From NCBI RefSeq assembly GCF_036321535.1, contig NC_087438.1, forward strand, positions 6,574,001 through 6,638,000: a stretch of 64,000 nt of DNA, given 5' to 3'. Every line of letters begins with the position of its first letter. Position 1 is the first letter of the stretch. The translations under genes and the position numbers were made by a program. Of this stretch, positions 24,621 through 35,742 are shown in pieces. A model generated the notes under the pieces. It searched no databases and was not told the DNA's origin. It was given only the letters and a program-made list of their open reading frames with translations. Source of the DNA: Camelus dromedarius (Eukaryota).

Positions 24621-25629
24621 AAGGAAATCCGCTCACCAAAGAATCATTAAGTGAATGCAATCTGTTCTTCTGTTACTATAAAGTTATTGTTTTCAATGTT
24701 TATCATAAATATTCCAGAGTTAATGATCTGGGGTTGGTTTCACCTGGGAAGTGGGCCGGTTCTCCTCATTCCTCCTCTTCCCATGCAGCAGCTAAAAACC
24801 GGCATCCACTCCCAACAAGCATTTCTAAAATGCTCTTCGAAGTCGTTGCCAAGGGGAAGACTGTGTTTTCAGATCAATGTGTCTCAGATTTATCACAGGA
24901 GTGGGCAGACGTGATGGAAAAGGAGAGCGCGGCTGGGCAACCCCAGCGCAGAGACGAGTTTCACTGTTCACAGGAAGAACCAGCAGGCAGTGGGAGCGGG
25001 CAATCTCACGAATGAGCGCTCAAATCAGTTCTCTTCCCCAGATGCAACATTTCAGCCCTTTTCACCTCAAGGACCCCATGAACAAAGGGAACCCGATGCC
25101 AGGAGCATGAGCTGCACGAGCTGCCCTGGGCCCAGCCGAGCTCTCCTCAGTCCCGGATGAGGACTTCCAGCGCTGTCCACTTCCACGGGCGGGAGCTTGA
25201 GGGCGCTCGCTGGGGGACCCCAAGGTTCCACTTGGCCACGCCGCTGCGCAGAACTCCGCAGCTAGGAAAGCGGGCTGGGGCGAATGAAGCTCTGTGTCTC
25301 CTTGCACAGACCAGAGAGCTGTAAGAAGGGGTGGCTTCCCACCTTGACAGAACTTGGTAAATAAGCCCCAGGAGCCTCTGAGCCAGGATCAAGCCGAGGC
25401 AGGCCACAGCAGCTCTGCGCCTGCAGGTGGGGGCCGGGGTGGGCGCAGGCCCGAGCCCGTCCTGGCCCGGCACGGGCCTGGAGCTGTGCCTGCAGGAGGC
25501 TGGCTCCTTGTGCAGAATTACTAAATGCTACAAACAAGGGCGCACTGCAGATGAAAGTTGTCTGGGTTTATGAGTCATCACACCATTCAGGCCACTAAAA
25601 CTTCAAAGTCCTCTGACTAACGAAGTCCA

Positions 25630-25740
25630 GCTAATCCTTACAGCACCCCAGCGAGCTCGGGAAGGAAATAAGCATCATGACCCCCATTTTACGGGGAGCA
25701 GAGAGAGGTAAGAAGCTTTGCTCAGGGCGACAGGAAGACG
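25630..25740 (-). mobile_element. MIR fragment
   Basis: TAATCCTTACAGCACCCC..CCCCATTTTACGGGGAG..AGAGAGGTAAG, antisense MIR core. Confidence 0.55.
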
Positions 25741-26871
25741 GGCATTAGTCACATCTTGGGGACGACTAAGCCCAGGTTGGGAGGGGACAGCAGGTGCCCC
25801 GCTCCACTGACTCACGCTGCTCCCCAGCACGTAGGGAGGTCAGCTAAGGAGTGTCTCCTTACTCAGAAGGAAACTGGTGATTCAATTTTATTTAAAATAA
25901 AAGAAGTGGGCATGGTTTTTTGTTGAAGCTTTAAGAACAGTAAATGACAGTAATTTGGCCAAATTAGAAATGTCTGGCTGGAGGCGCTGGCAGACTCCTC
26001 CACTACTGGGGTGTAGACGGTACAGTTTTGACAAATCTCACCCAGAGTTGGACCAGCAACCCCCAGACCGCCTCCCTGACGGTGGCCCCTATGTTCCACT
26101 TTCCATGGCAACCTGAAAAGTTTAGGCATGAATAGTAAACAGTCCTTAGTGGTTTTTTTCCATCTTCCTTTACCTAAATTATGTTTTTCTGAATATGTAG
26201 TTATACTGTGGGAAATTTTGAACAATACAGAAAGTAAAAAGACAGTAACACTGGTGTGGGACCTCTTATTGGCGGATTATAAAAGAGCTCTGGTAGTAAC
26301 CTCGAGGGCATGCAAATTTTTATGCATTTAAATACATTTCTATTATGTAAAGCCAGGGTTATTTTTACCTCGTTTTACCGAAATCCCTAAATATCATTTA
26401 AAAATATAGATGAAATGGGTACGTAACAATTCATCAAGCGGTGGTCTCCTTGTGTTTAGTTGATCCCCAGCTACTGGGTAATTTGGAGGCTTCCAATTAC
26501 TGTTATCATGACACTAGATAAACATTCCTCATCAAGCTTTCTGATTGTTTCCTTAGGGCAAATTTATAGAAGATGAAATACTGAGTCAATGGATTCACGC
26601 ATATTTAAAGGTTTTCATATATACCACACTCCAGCATGTGGTATCAATTTCTACTTTCGCCTAGTTTAAGAGGTTAATTTTTCTGATCCCTCCGAAATTC
26701 CTCCACTGGTGGGGCTTAAGAGTGGGGATAGGTTGCAATCATGGCTAGAACACTTGGCATAAAGCCATGTTTAAAGGAAACATAGATTTTAGGCAGACGG
26801 AATGCTTATTTGGGATGGCTAGTAAGGGCTTCCAGTGAATGGAGAAAACTAACATTTCTCCATTCCCCTCA

Positions 26872-26930
26872 AAAGCCACCACCATTCATTAAAGCCACCA
26901 CCATTCATTAAAGCCACCACCATTCATTAA
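26872..26930. repeat. Perfect minisatellite, 3 x AAAGCCACCACCATTCATT (19 bp)
   Basis: Identical units at 26872-26890, 26891-26909 and 26910-26928. Confidence 0.95.
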
Positions 26931-26959
26931 GCAACTGTGGAGAACCATCCATGAATAAG

Positions 26960-27075
26960 GCCCTTGCAAGGAAGGTGACCTCATTTTACACTTGAGAAAA
27001 ATGAGGCTCACAGAGATTCTCTGACTTGATCATAATGTGATGAAGCCAAGATGGCAGTCCCCAGCTGTCTGCTCC
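26960..27075 (-). mobile_element. MIR fragment
   Basis: CTCATTTTACACTTGAGAAAAATGAGGCTCACAGAG, antisense MIR core. Confidence 0.6.
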
Positions 27076-27708
27076 CTCCCACGCAGGTAAGAATGGGAAT
27101 CCTAACCATACTGGGGACCCTGAGCAGGGTGGGTAAGAGGCCCTGTTGATCAGAGTTATCAGCCCTCCTCTTCTTCAATCCTAGGTCCAAAGCAAACTTC
27201 GTCTTGCAATGAGCCCCATCAGGCTGGTACTAAAGGAGCACTCTGTAAGAGCCGTGGGTGTTTGGAGTACTTACACCCTAAGGCACAAATGGTTTTGAAG
27301 GCAAGCTTGGAGGCAGGCAACTGTGGATGTTAGTCCTGCCTCTCAAACTTACGACATATGTGACTTTGGACCTGCCACTCACCCCGCATTTACAGAATGA
27401 AGATAATTAAATGTTAAGGAGACAGTGCATGCAGAGGGGTTGTCCCAATGTCTGAAACATGCTAAATACTCCAGAAATGGCCCCTAAGAAGAGGGACATG
27501 TTGGGAGAATTTCTGTTATTGCAGCGAGGTAGTGAAGACATGGCACAGGTATCTGACTCACAAGGAGAAAGTACTCTGGTTTCCACACACTGCAAACTCC
27601 ATCCTCAGGATGTCACCATGTTTCCCTGGGCTGCATTACTCAGGCAGGCAAAATTAGAAAAGTTCCAGGAATGGCAAGTTCCCGCTCCCTGAAGTGTTTG
27701 CTTCAAAA

Positions 27709-28424
27709 TGTTAGAGCAGGCAGGTAGCTAGACATGAGCAGAGAAAGGCGGACATAGTCCCAATGGCAGAAAACCATACACTTTGCGAACAACGGTGATC
27801 CTTAGACAGATCAGGAAAAACAGGATCCTCCAGACTGATAAAAAAATAAACCATACCCTCTGGGTTGATAAGTGTCCTGGAGGCAGAAGGGCAGGGCGGG
27901 GTGGGACAGGAATCCCCACCACTCAAATGTAACCTTTTGATCATCATGGCCTCCGTCCAAATGTAACCTTCTGCTGATGATACCTCCCCATCCGAATGTA
28001 AACTTTTGTTCATTGTGACCTCATCCAAACTCCTGAGCAAGACTAAATAAGGACAGGAATTTGACACAACATTGTAAAATGACTCTAACTCAATAAAAAA
28101 AAATGTTAAAAAAAAATAAAAAGAAAGATTAAATAAGGACCAAAAAAGTCCCTCCTCCCCACCTGGGAAGGTGGAGCTGGGATGAAGATCAGGAAAGACG
28201 ACCCCAAACCCCTCCCTGCCAATGAATATTCTGCCCATTCACTTTTACACCCACATAACAAGCTTGCCAAGGAAACTCAGGGCAGCTACCCACCTGGGTC
28301 TGCCCGCTCTTTCCTTGAGAATGTACTATCTACCTGTTAATAAATCCTTGCTTTGCTCTCTTGATCTCCATGTCTTGTTTCTGAATTCTTTCTGCGACAA
28401 GACAAGAACCTCTCACCCCCAACA
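27709..28424 (+). mobile_element. Solo ERV LTR (ERV1/class I-like), about 630 bp net of nested L1
   Basis: Inverted termini TGTT..AACA; 4-bp TSD AAAA (27705-27708 / 28425-28428); AATAAA at 28339-28344 followed by U5-like TTTCTGAATTCTTTCTGCGACAAGACAAGAACC; no internal retroviral sequence on either side. Confidence 0.85.
28055..28124 (+). mobile_element. 70-bp L1 3' tail nested in the LTR, with TSD
   Basis: TTGACACAACATTGTAAAATGACTCTAACTCAATAAA plus A-tail; TSD AAGACTAAATAAGGAC (28039-28054) / AAGATTAAATAAGGAC (28125-28140), 15/16 identical. Confidence 0.9.
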
Positions 28425-28444
28425 AAAAGAATTCTGCAGCAATC

Positions 28445-28680
28445 TTGTGCAATGGCTAAGAGCTATGGTTCTGGGGAAACAGAAAAAACTAGATTCCACA
28501 ACCAACTCTGCCCAAGACCACCCTGCAGCCTTGAGCACTTACTCGTTCTCTATCAGCCTGTGTGCAAAACAAGGATCATCACGGTTCCTGCCCGCTGCAA
28601 GGAGTGAAGAACACAACACTACACGTGCAAAGGTGAGGGTGAAAATGCCTGATGCATAAAAAACAAATAAACTAATTGCA
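28445..28680 (+). mobile_element. MIR (degenerate, near full length)
   Basis: GTGCAATGGCTAAGAGCTATGGTTCTGG..ACTCTGCC..CCTTGAGCACTTACT..ATGCCTGATGCATA. Confidence 0.55.
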
Positions 28681-28714
28681 GATATCACGGTAATCGTGAA
28701 AGCTATCTACCTGT

Positions 28715-29082
28715 CTTCCTGGCGTGCTCCTCCAATCACTTGGTAGAATCCCACCTCCGCACATCTTTGAAGTAGGCAACAGCCAGGTAATCTCTCTAGC
28801 TGATGTTGTAAGTGGAAGGGACCTGAGTCCCTCAGGGTAGAAGCCTTTAGGAGACAGTGATCCATATCACCATGTTCTCTCCCTCCTCATCACAATGACC
28901 AGCAACACTCAGGGTGACAGCGGCCCCAGAGGTCCTCCTGTCCCCACACCAGAGTGAGGACCAGGGGCAGCAGAACCTCTGCCATGCCCAGATGCACACA
29001 AAGCCTGAATGAGAAACAGACATCTGTTCTTTAAAGGATGGAGATTTAATGGTCCTCTGTTACAGTAACCTGACCCATCAAA
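28715..29082 (+). mobile_element. Old MLT1 (I/J/K-like) LTR
   Basis: CTTTGAAGTAGGCAACAGCCAGGTAA..GGGTAGAAGCCTTTAGGAG..TGAGAAACAGACATCTGTTCTTTAAAG..TGTTACAG. Confidence 0.6.
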
Positions 29083-30930
29083 ATGATGCTGACCTTATTA
29101 GAAGTAATTTGTCAGACTAGGTCAAAAGAGTTGGAAAAAGGACCCCAGCTTTCAGTCAGAACATCAGTAATAACTGTGGTGAGGACATTCTCAGTTAGAG
29201 CAGGTGGCTGAGGAGAGAGGCTTTTGCAGGGCAATGGAAAGTACAAGGTGAGAACTTTGTTCAGGACCTGATGGAAACAGATTCTGCTCCCCTGGAGGTC
29301 AGGAACCAGGGGAACCCAGTTTTCTCACATCCACAGATCACACCCTTAAGTCTACATGGAGGAGGATGTAAGTGCCTTGAGGATGAATGAGCAACAGGTC
29401 TAAAACCAACTGGGCTGACTTCTCGGTTCCTGTAGGGCCTCTGGAACCACTGCCCGGCTGGGCACCTGCAGAGAGGGATCTAGGCTGGGGAAGATGCCCA
29501 GAAACACAACAGATTTACTGGGGCCAGGCGTGCACACCCCACCTCCCGGAGGTTTCTGTACCACTGACGGGGTCAGTTAGGGAGAGAATGGTGTGGTCTC
29601 TTCCCACCAATCCATAACCACCAGGGAGACAGGAAATGCTTCAGTGCCAGATTTAGAACTAGCCATGACTTCAGAAAATTCAAAAAGATTGTTGTCAAAG
29701 CAACAGTTCTTGGGTTTGATTAGAATAAGCAAGAGAGATTTGTTAAAACATCCCAAACAGGCAGCATAACTCAGTTTTCTAAGTCATGGGCAAATGTTGA
29801 ATATCGGTTGCTAGTAACAATTTCATCAACCAGTAAGTCTGTAAGTATTTGCTTTAACAAGATTCATTAACTACTTCTCCAAAGGATACAGTTAACAAGC
29901 AAACTCATTCACTCAGAACTAAACGTTCTGTGGTACATTTTTACTTCCAGTTTTGCTTAAAGGGAGAACACAGAAAAGCAGAAAAAGTAACAACTTGCTA
30001 CTCTTCTTGAAATGATGGGATATTCTTTACAGTATAAGATCTAAATGCAAACTATTAAGAACGGGGAGCTACAATTTTTATTTTTAAAAAGCTATAAACT
30101 CTTGCTTTAGTCTCTCAAAAATACATGCAGCCAGTCGTGTTTTCTAAAGGCATCTGTCCTCGGGGAAATTTTTCTTCTGCTTTTCCTCCAAAAGCTTGGC
30201 AGCGTTTGGTTTTGTTTTTGCTTTGGTTTTTCTTCTATCTGCCTCTTGACACATTTGAGCACAGAAAAGACATCAGATAGGGCTTGGGAAGAGTCTCTGA
30301 TTTTGATTTTTGTTCTTTTATTGCACCTCCTAATAGCATTACGTGACTTCGGAAATCTATTCTGTGCTGTGTGAAGAGGGTATGAAATGGAAAGTTCCTG
30401 CCCTGGGCTCACAGAGCAGAGTAAGCCCTGTTGAGGCTGGACTGTATTATTTCCTGTATTGTTCTATGGGCACAGAAATAATCCTCAGCTCGGTCAGGGG
30501 CAGAAGCCAAAAGAATTGTCTAAAACAGCAGATTCCGAGGGGGACAAGAGGGCTGGGAGGCGATGAGGAGAAGCAGCCCCAAAAAACTGCATAATGATAA
30601 TGTTTGTTCTCTTCTAGATGTGTTCTTAAGGTTTTCACAGGCCTTTTTTCCTTCATTAGGTAATCTGCATATATTCATTGTAGAACGTTTATAAAAACAT
30701 TTTTTAAAAATCCTTCATAATCTGACCACCAAGAGGTAATCACTATTACCATTTTGCTGCCTTTCTTTTTGGCCTTTTTTTTTCCCCTTAGAAATATATG
30801 ATATTATATACATCGTGTATATACATAATGCATGAATTTATACAGAATTTATAGTTATTAAAAAGATGTGCACAAAATATATTTCCATGCATATAAAGCA
30901 AAACCTTTTAAATGCGGGATTGTTTTTCTG

Positions 30931-31058
30931 TTTTTTTTTTTTTATATGGAAGTATAGTCAGTTTACAATGTTGTGTAGTTTCTGGTGTACAGCACAATGC
31001 TTCGGTCATACATGAATATACATATATTCCTTTTCATATTCTTTTTCATTATAGGTGA
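30931..31058 (-). mobile_element. Short L1 3'-end fragment within older L1ME-like sequence
   Basis: T-run followed by GAAGTATAGTCAGTTTACAATGTTGTGTAGTTTCTGGTGTACAGCA..TTTTCATATTCTTTTTCATTATAGGT. Confidence 0.85.
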
Positions 31059-32817
31059 CTCAAAAAGCAGTATTTTTAACAACTGCATAATAAGTCATGT
31101 CATTTATATAACCTTATTGTTTAACTGTTTCCTTACTGTTGGCTATTTCTTTGCTTTATATTTTAAGTTGGGTTTTTTTTTTCTGTTTTCTTTTTTTCCT
31201 GTCTATTTCCACAGTTAACAAGAGTGATAAAAATCAGCAAGGAAGGAACTACTGGATCACCTAGTCACGTAAATGATTTAAAATAACAATGAAAAAAGTA
31301 CTTAAACTATTTGTAAGCAGCCGTTTTATGGTGAATTGTAACAGCTTTAAGTAACACAACCTATTGGCTGAATATGGAAACCAGCAGTGAAAATGACGAG
31401 TATAACTGACCAAGAAGCCCAGTAAAGACCAGCACAATAGCCGGGTGCTCTGAGCCTGGGTTCTGACTCTCCAGGGACAGACGCTAAAGGGTCGGGCAGC
31501 CAAGACCAAGTTCACCAGCCCAAGAAAAACAGCAAGCAGGACCTAAGGATCTGACCCGAAATTCTGGCCAAATCTAGGGTACAGTGTATGACCTGGAGAG
31601 AGAAGCAAAGAAAGGGAGAAAGGAGAGGAAGAGGGAAGATCGGGGGGAGAAGAAGGCGGGGAGGAGGAGCCCGGGGAACGGATGCAGGGAACAGAGAACA
31701 AAGGATGCTGGCACGGGGAGGGTCGGCACGAGGACCTTGGAAAAAGCCCAGCCTCCCCAGCTGGCACGGAACAAACACATGAGCGTCAGCACACTGGTCC
31801 TGGGGAATCCACAGCCAAGGACTAGGGACCCATATGATCTCCTGGGCTCGGGGCAGAGGGTCAGATCAGCAGGGCAGGAGCCCAGAGGCTGGAAGCTGGA
31901 ATAGGAGAGCTGGGAATCAGTGATCACAAGACATAGTCATCAAAGAGACACTATCAGTGACATCAAGGAGTCCAAAGATGCTGGTGAGACGTGTGGTCAC
32001 GACACCCATTCCACACCACACGTGACTGCTTGTTACAGAGCGCTCAAGTCACACGCCAGAGACATCTGCCCTCAAAAAATAAATACATGTATGTACATTT
32101 ATTCACCTGTTCTTGCCAAAAAGTTGAAATACTAGAAAAATCATGGACAATGTGATAAAGGAGGTGCTAATGAAAGCTGTGGATGTTGAGAGAAAGAGCT
32201 CCTCTCCCAGGTGAACAGTTCAGGCCCTTAGGGCTGAGTCTGATCTGACAATCAGATTGGTCTGCGAGCAGAAATGACTTTCCACTGAGTCAGAGCGTCT
32301 CAAGAAAGGCCGCTCTCACACCCCCGGCTGAGGCCAAGTTTGAACGTGGCGTGTGGAGCAGGGCTGAGCCTGAGGGCAGGGTTAAAACAAAACATCTGCC
32401 AGCTAGAAAGATTCTGGGGGAGCAGCCAGACACATGGCAACACCAGCTGTGAGAGATGCGAATCAAAGGCAAGGACAGACCTTCCCACCAGGAAACAGGA
32501 GTCTGGCTTGAAAAAGACCGAGGAACAAAAAAGCACACCTGAGAAGCACCTTAACTTGCTTTTGAAGGACATTTTGATATCTCATCTGGAAGAGTCTATA
32601 CATGTTTTAAAGATTTATCCATTCCCCGAGTCATTAGGAGAGGAATGCCCACCCACATGCACGGTGCTGTGGGTACAAATGGTCAGTCCGCTCCGCACAG
32701 AGGCAGTGCAGCCTTCAGGCCACCTGCCTCCTGCCATCCAGCCCCTACCCACCTGTCCTACTCCACGCTGGCCACACCAGTCCACCTGGGCCAACTCTCC
32801 TGGGCCATTGGATTCCT

Positions 32818-33366
32818 TTTTTTTTTTTTAATTGAATGAAAGATTCTTTAAATTCTATAGTGCTTTACAATTTGCAAAAGTTTCACACCTATGATTTCAT
32901 ATAATCCCATAATAACCCTTTCTTCCCCCAACTCCTGTATTGCCCCTCCTCCCGTCCCTCTCCCCGCTGGTAACCACTACTTTGTTCTCTGTATCCAGGA
33001 GTCTGCTCCTTTTTTGTTTTATTCATTAGTTTGTTGTATTTTTTATATTCCACATATAAGTGGTATCACACAGTATCTGTCTTTTCTGTCTGACTTATTT
33101 CACTTAGAATAATGCCCTCCAAGTCCATCCATGTTGCTGCAAATGGCAAAACTCCGATCTTTTTCATGGCTGAGTAGTGTTCCTGTGTGTGTGTGTGTGT
33201 ATCACATCTTCTTTATCCACTCATCCGTTGGTCGGCACCTAGGTTGCTTCCATGTGTTGGCAACTGTAACTATTGCTGCTACGAACACTGGGGCCCATGC
33301 ATGTTTTCGCATTAGTGCTTTTGTTGATTTCAGCTATGTGCCCAAGAGTGGAATTGCCAGATCCTA
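32818..33366 (-). mobile_element. L1 3' fragment (ORF2 end plus 3' UTR) inserted into L2-like sequence
   Basis: TGACTTATTTCACTTAGAATAATGCCCTCCAAGTCCATCCATGTTGCTGCAAATGGCAAAA..CCCAAGAGTGGAATTGC is antisense L1 ORF2 C-terminus; T-run at 32817-32829. Confidence 0.9.
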
Positions 33367-33369
33367 CAA

Positions 33370-33690
33370 GATCATTTCCTGTCTCCACATCTCACAGACA
33401 GAAAGCTCCCCACTGCTTGTAAGGCTGATTCCTTCTCATTCTTCACATCTACTCTGAAATGTCCTCTCCTCAGAGAGGCTCCTGTGGACGGCCCTGCCAA
33501 AGTCCAGCATGCTCACTCCCATTATCTCCCATTATGTTATAAGCAACTCTTGGTTTCTTTGTTTGTTTTCCATTTCCTCAACTAGACTTTAAAAAGGAAG
33601 AGCTACCTGCTTCCTGCTCATCGACCCACACCCAGTGTCCATCCCACGGTCAGCTCACCGTCAGTGTGTTCTCCAAAGAGACACACACTG
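33370..33690 (+). mobile_element. L2 3' fragment
   Basis: GCTGATTCCTTCTCATTCTTCACATCTACTCTGAAATGTCCTCTCCTCAGAGAGGCT, typical L2 3' region. Confidence 0.6.
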
Positions 33691-33999
33691 AATCGGTTTT
33701 GATGAAAAATGCAGCTTTTAGAATAACATGTATTTCCTGATTCAAAAAACTATTTCAGAAATATGCAAATAATAATTTACTTGCACAGAACATAATGACT
33801 TTATTTCTATTTTAACCTCATTGTCCTCAGCAACAAAGTAACTACGGACCCCCAAAATAGAAAATGGGGTTAATTTGGCCAATGACTATTTTTTTAAGTT
33901 TGACTGGAAGCTACTCTAGAGCAGGAAAAAATTCACATTTGTGCTCTCAGTGTTGAGCAGAGCACCTGACAGTTAATAAGTGCTCAATAAATATGTTTT

Positions 34000-34645
34000 G
34001 CGCCAAAAATTTTTGCATTTTAAACTAATACAGGTAGTCATCTTTAAAAACATAGAATTATATAAAGTGAAAAAAGTCTTGCCTTCCACCCTCCAGCCCA
34101 TTTTACGAAGGCAGTCAATGAGAGCAGGCTGGCACATAGTCTTTCGTTCTCTATGTATTTATGACCCAGAATGCATACACGAAACGACTTACACATGCTG
34201 TTTAATAGCTTACTTCATTCACTCAATACATCACAGACATACTTCCATGTTTGTGAAAATAGATGTGCCCCATTCTTGTTAAAGGTCACGTATTACTCCA
34301 TACTTTATCAACCATTTATAAATGTCCCTTCCTGTGGACATTTAGGTTTTTCTACCATAAAAAATGAGAAATTCATGAGTATCTTCTACCACTGCACAAT
34401 TAGGTAGGCATGAACCCAGGATACGTTCCTGGACATGTTACTGTCTGGTCAGTTAATGTTGACAGATACTCCCTAAACTGCCCAGTGGCTGTTATATATT
34501 CACATCAGCCCTTGCACATATTGGGGATTTCCTTTTTTTTATTATTTTTTTTTATTTTTGCCAAGCTGAGAGGTGAGAGTTAACAGTTTAAATGTTCTTA
34601 ATTATGAGTGAGGCTGAGCAGTTTTCATACTATTAGCTGCCTTTT
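34000..34645 (-). mobile_element. Old L1ME-like fragment
   Basis: TGTGGACATTTAGGTTTTTC..TTGACAGATACTCCCTAAACTGCCC..TTATGAGTGAGGCTGAGCAGTTTTCATA. Confidence 0.6.
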
Positions 34646-35532
34646 ACACTCCCTTTCTAACTAATAAAGATGAACAAGATGCTACGCGCTTGAGAGGGAT
34701 GTTGGAGGACGAACAGCCCTGTGGGTAGGTGGCCGGACGAGCCAGGACTGCAGTCCCCGCACACCCCGAGACCCCTGTGCTCCGCCTTGCCCGCTGAACT
34801 GGCCTCACTCATCCAAAGCCTTGCCCAAGCTCCTGGACAAAATGCCCGTTTAATTTTTAATTGCACGTGTCCCATTTCAGCTGATAGAGTCTCCATTATT
34901 CTTTACCGTAACTTTGAATTAGGCCAAATTAAAACTCCTGCTGTCATTTGACAATAACAGAATTTCTCTTCCCAAGGAGGGAAAGGAGGACGTGTGGACT
35001 CGGCTGCTGGGTCAGCTGCGATCTGGACACATGGCTCACCATTTCAGAGCCTCCGTTTCATCTGTGACAACGTCAGCTACGTAGGAGTGCTGCATACAGT
35101 GCTCTGAGCCTTCATGTGAATAAAGTGCAAAAATGACAGTGGTTATAATTGGCCGTAGGAGACAGGGCTTTCATATGAAGCTGTAAAAGCCCTTGGGAGG
35201 CATTATCCCTCACTGCACACAGGAATCCAGAACAGGAGGCACAACAGGAGTCCCCACCATGAATCATGACTACAGTCTCTCTGTTTCGAGGCTGGGAGTG
35301 GTGCTGGGGATGACAGGTCCCCCACTAGCGCCACCTCCGCCAACAGAGCTGCCAGCAGAACGCTCTAGGCAATGATGTTCACACCCATTCGTACCACAAC
35401 CCCACTGCCACGGGGTGCCTGAGTGTAAATGGTGCTCACGAAATACCTCGTAAATACAGAATGAAAGAAATGTCCGCCCAGGAAGCTCTGTGAGAAATGC
35501 TCATTTTTGCCTCCTTTACAATCCGTTTACTC

Positions 35533-35742
35533 CAAGCTTTCTCAACCACAGCTCTACAGGCACTTGGAGCTGGATAATTCCCTGCTGTGAGGGGCTGCCC
35601 TGTGCAACTGGCAGCGTCCCTGGCCTCCACCTAGACACCTCGAGAGCACACACACCAAGTTGTGACAACTAAAGCTGTCTCTGGACATGGCCAAATGGCC
35701 CTGAGGAGGGGGGAGGATACCACTCCCTGTTAAGAACCACCA
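35533..35742 (-). mobile_element. MER20 (hAT-Charlie)
   Basis: TTTCTCAACC..GGATAATTCCCTGCTGTGAGGGGCTGCCCTGTGCA..AGTTGTGACAACTAAAGCTGTCTCTGGACATGGCCAAATG..TTAAGAACCAC. Confidence 0.85.

Noticed and set aside
26872..26930. CRISPR-like direct repeats
   Set aside because: Head-to-tail 19-bp units with no spacers, in mammalian DNA.
27711..28238. 175-aa minus-strand ORF (longest in the track)
   Set aside because: It lies antisense within an LTR and reads through a nested L1 A-tail; a chance open frame.
33131..33457. 108-aa ORF (MLLQMAKL..FFIHSSV..)
   Set aside because: A familiar antisense translation of the L1 3' region.
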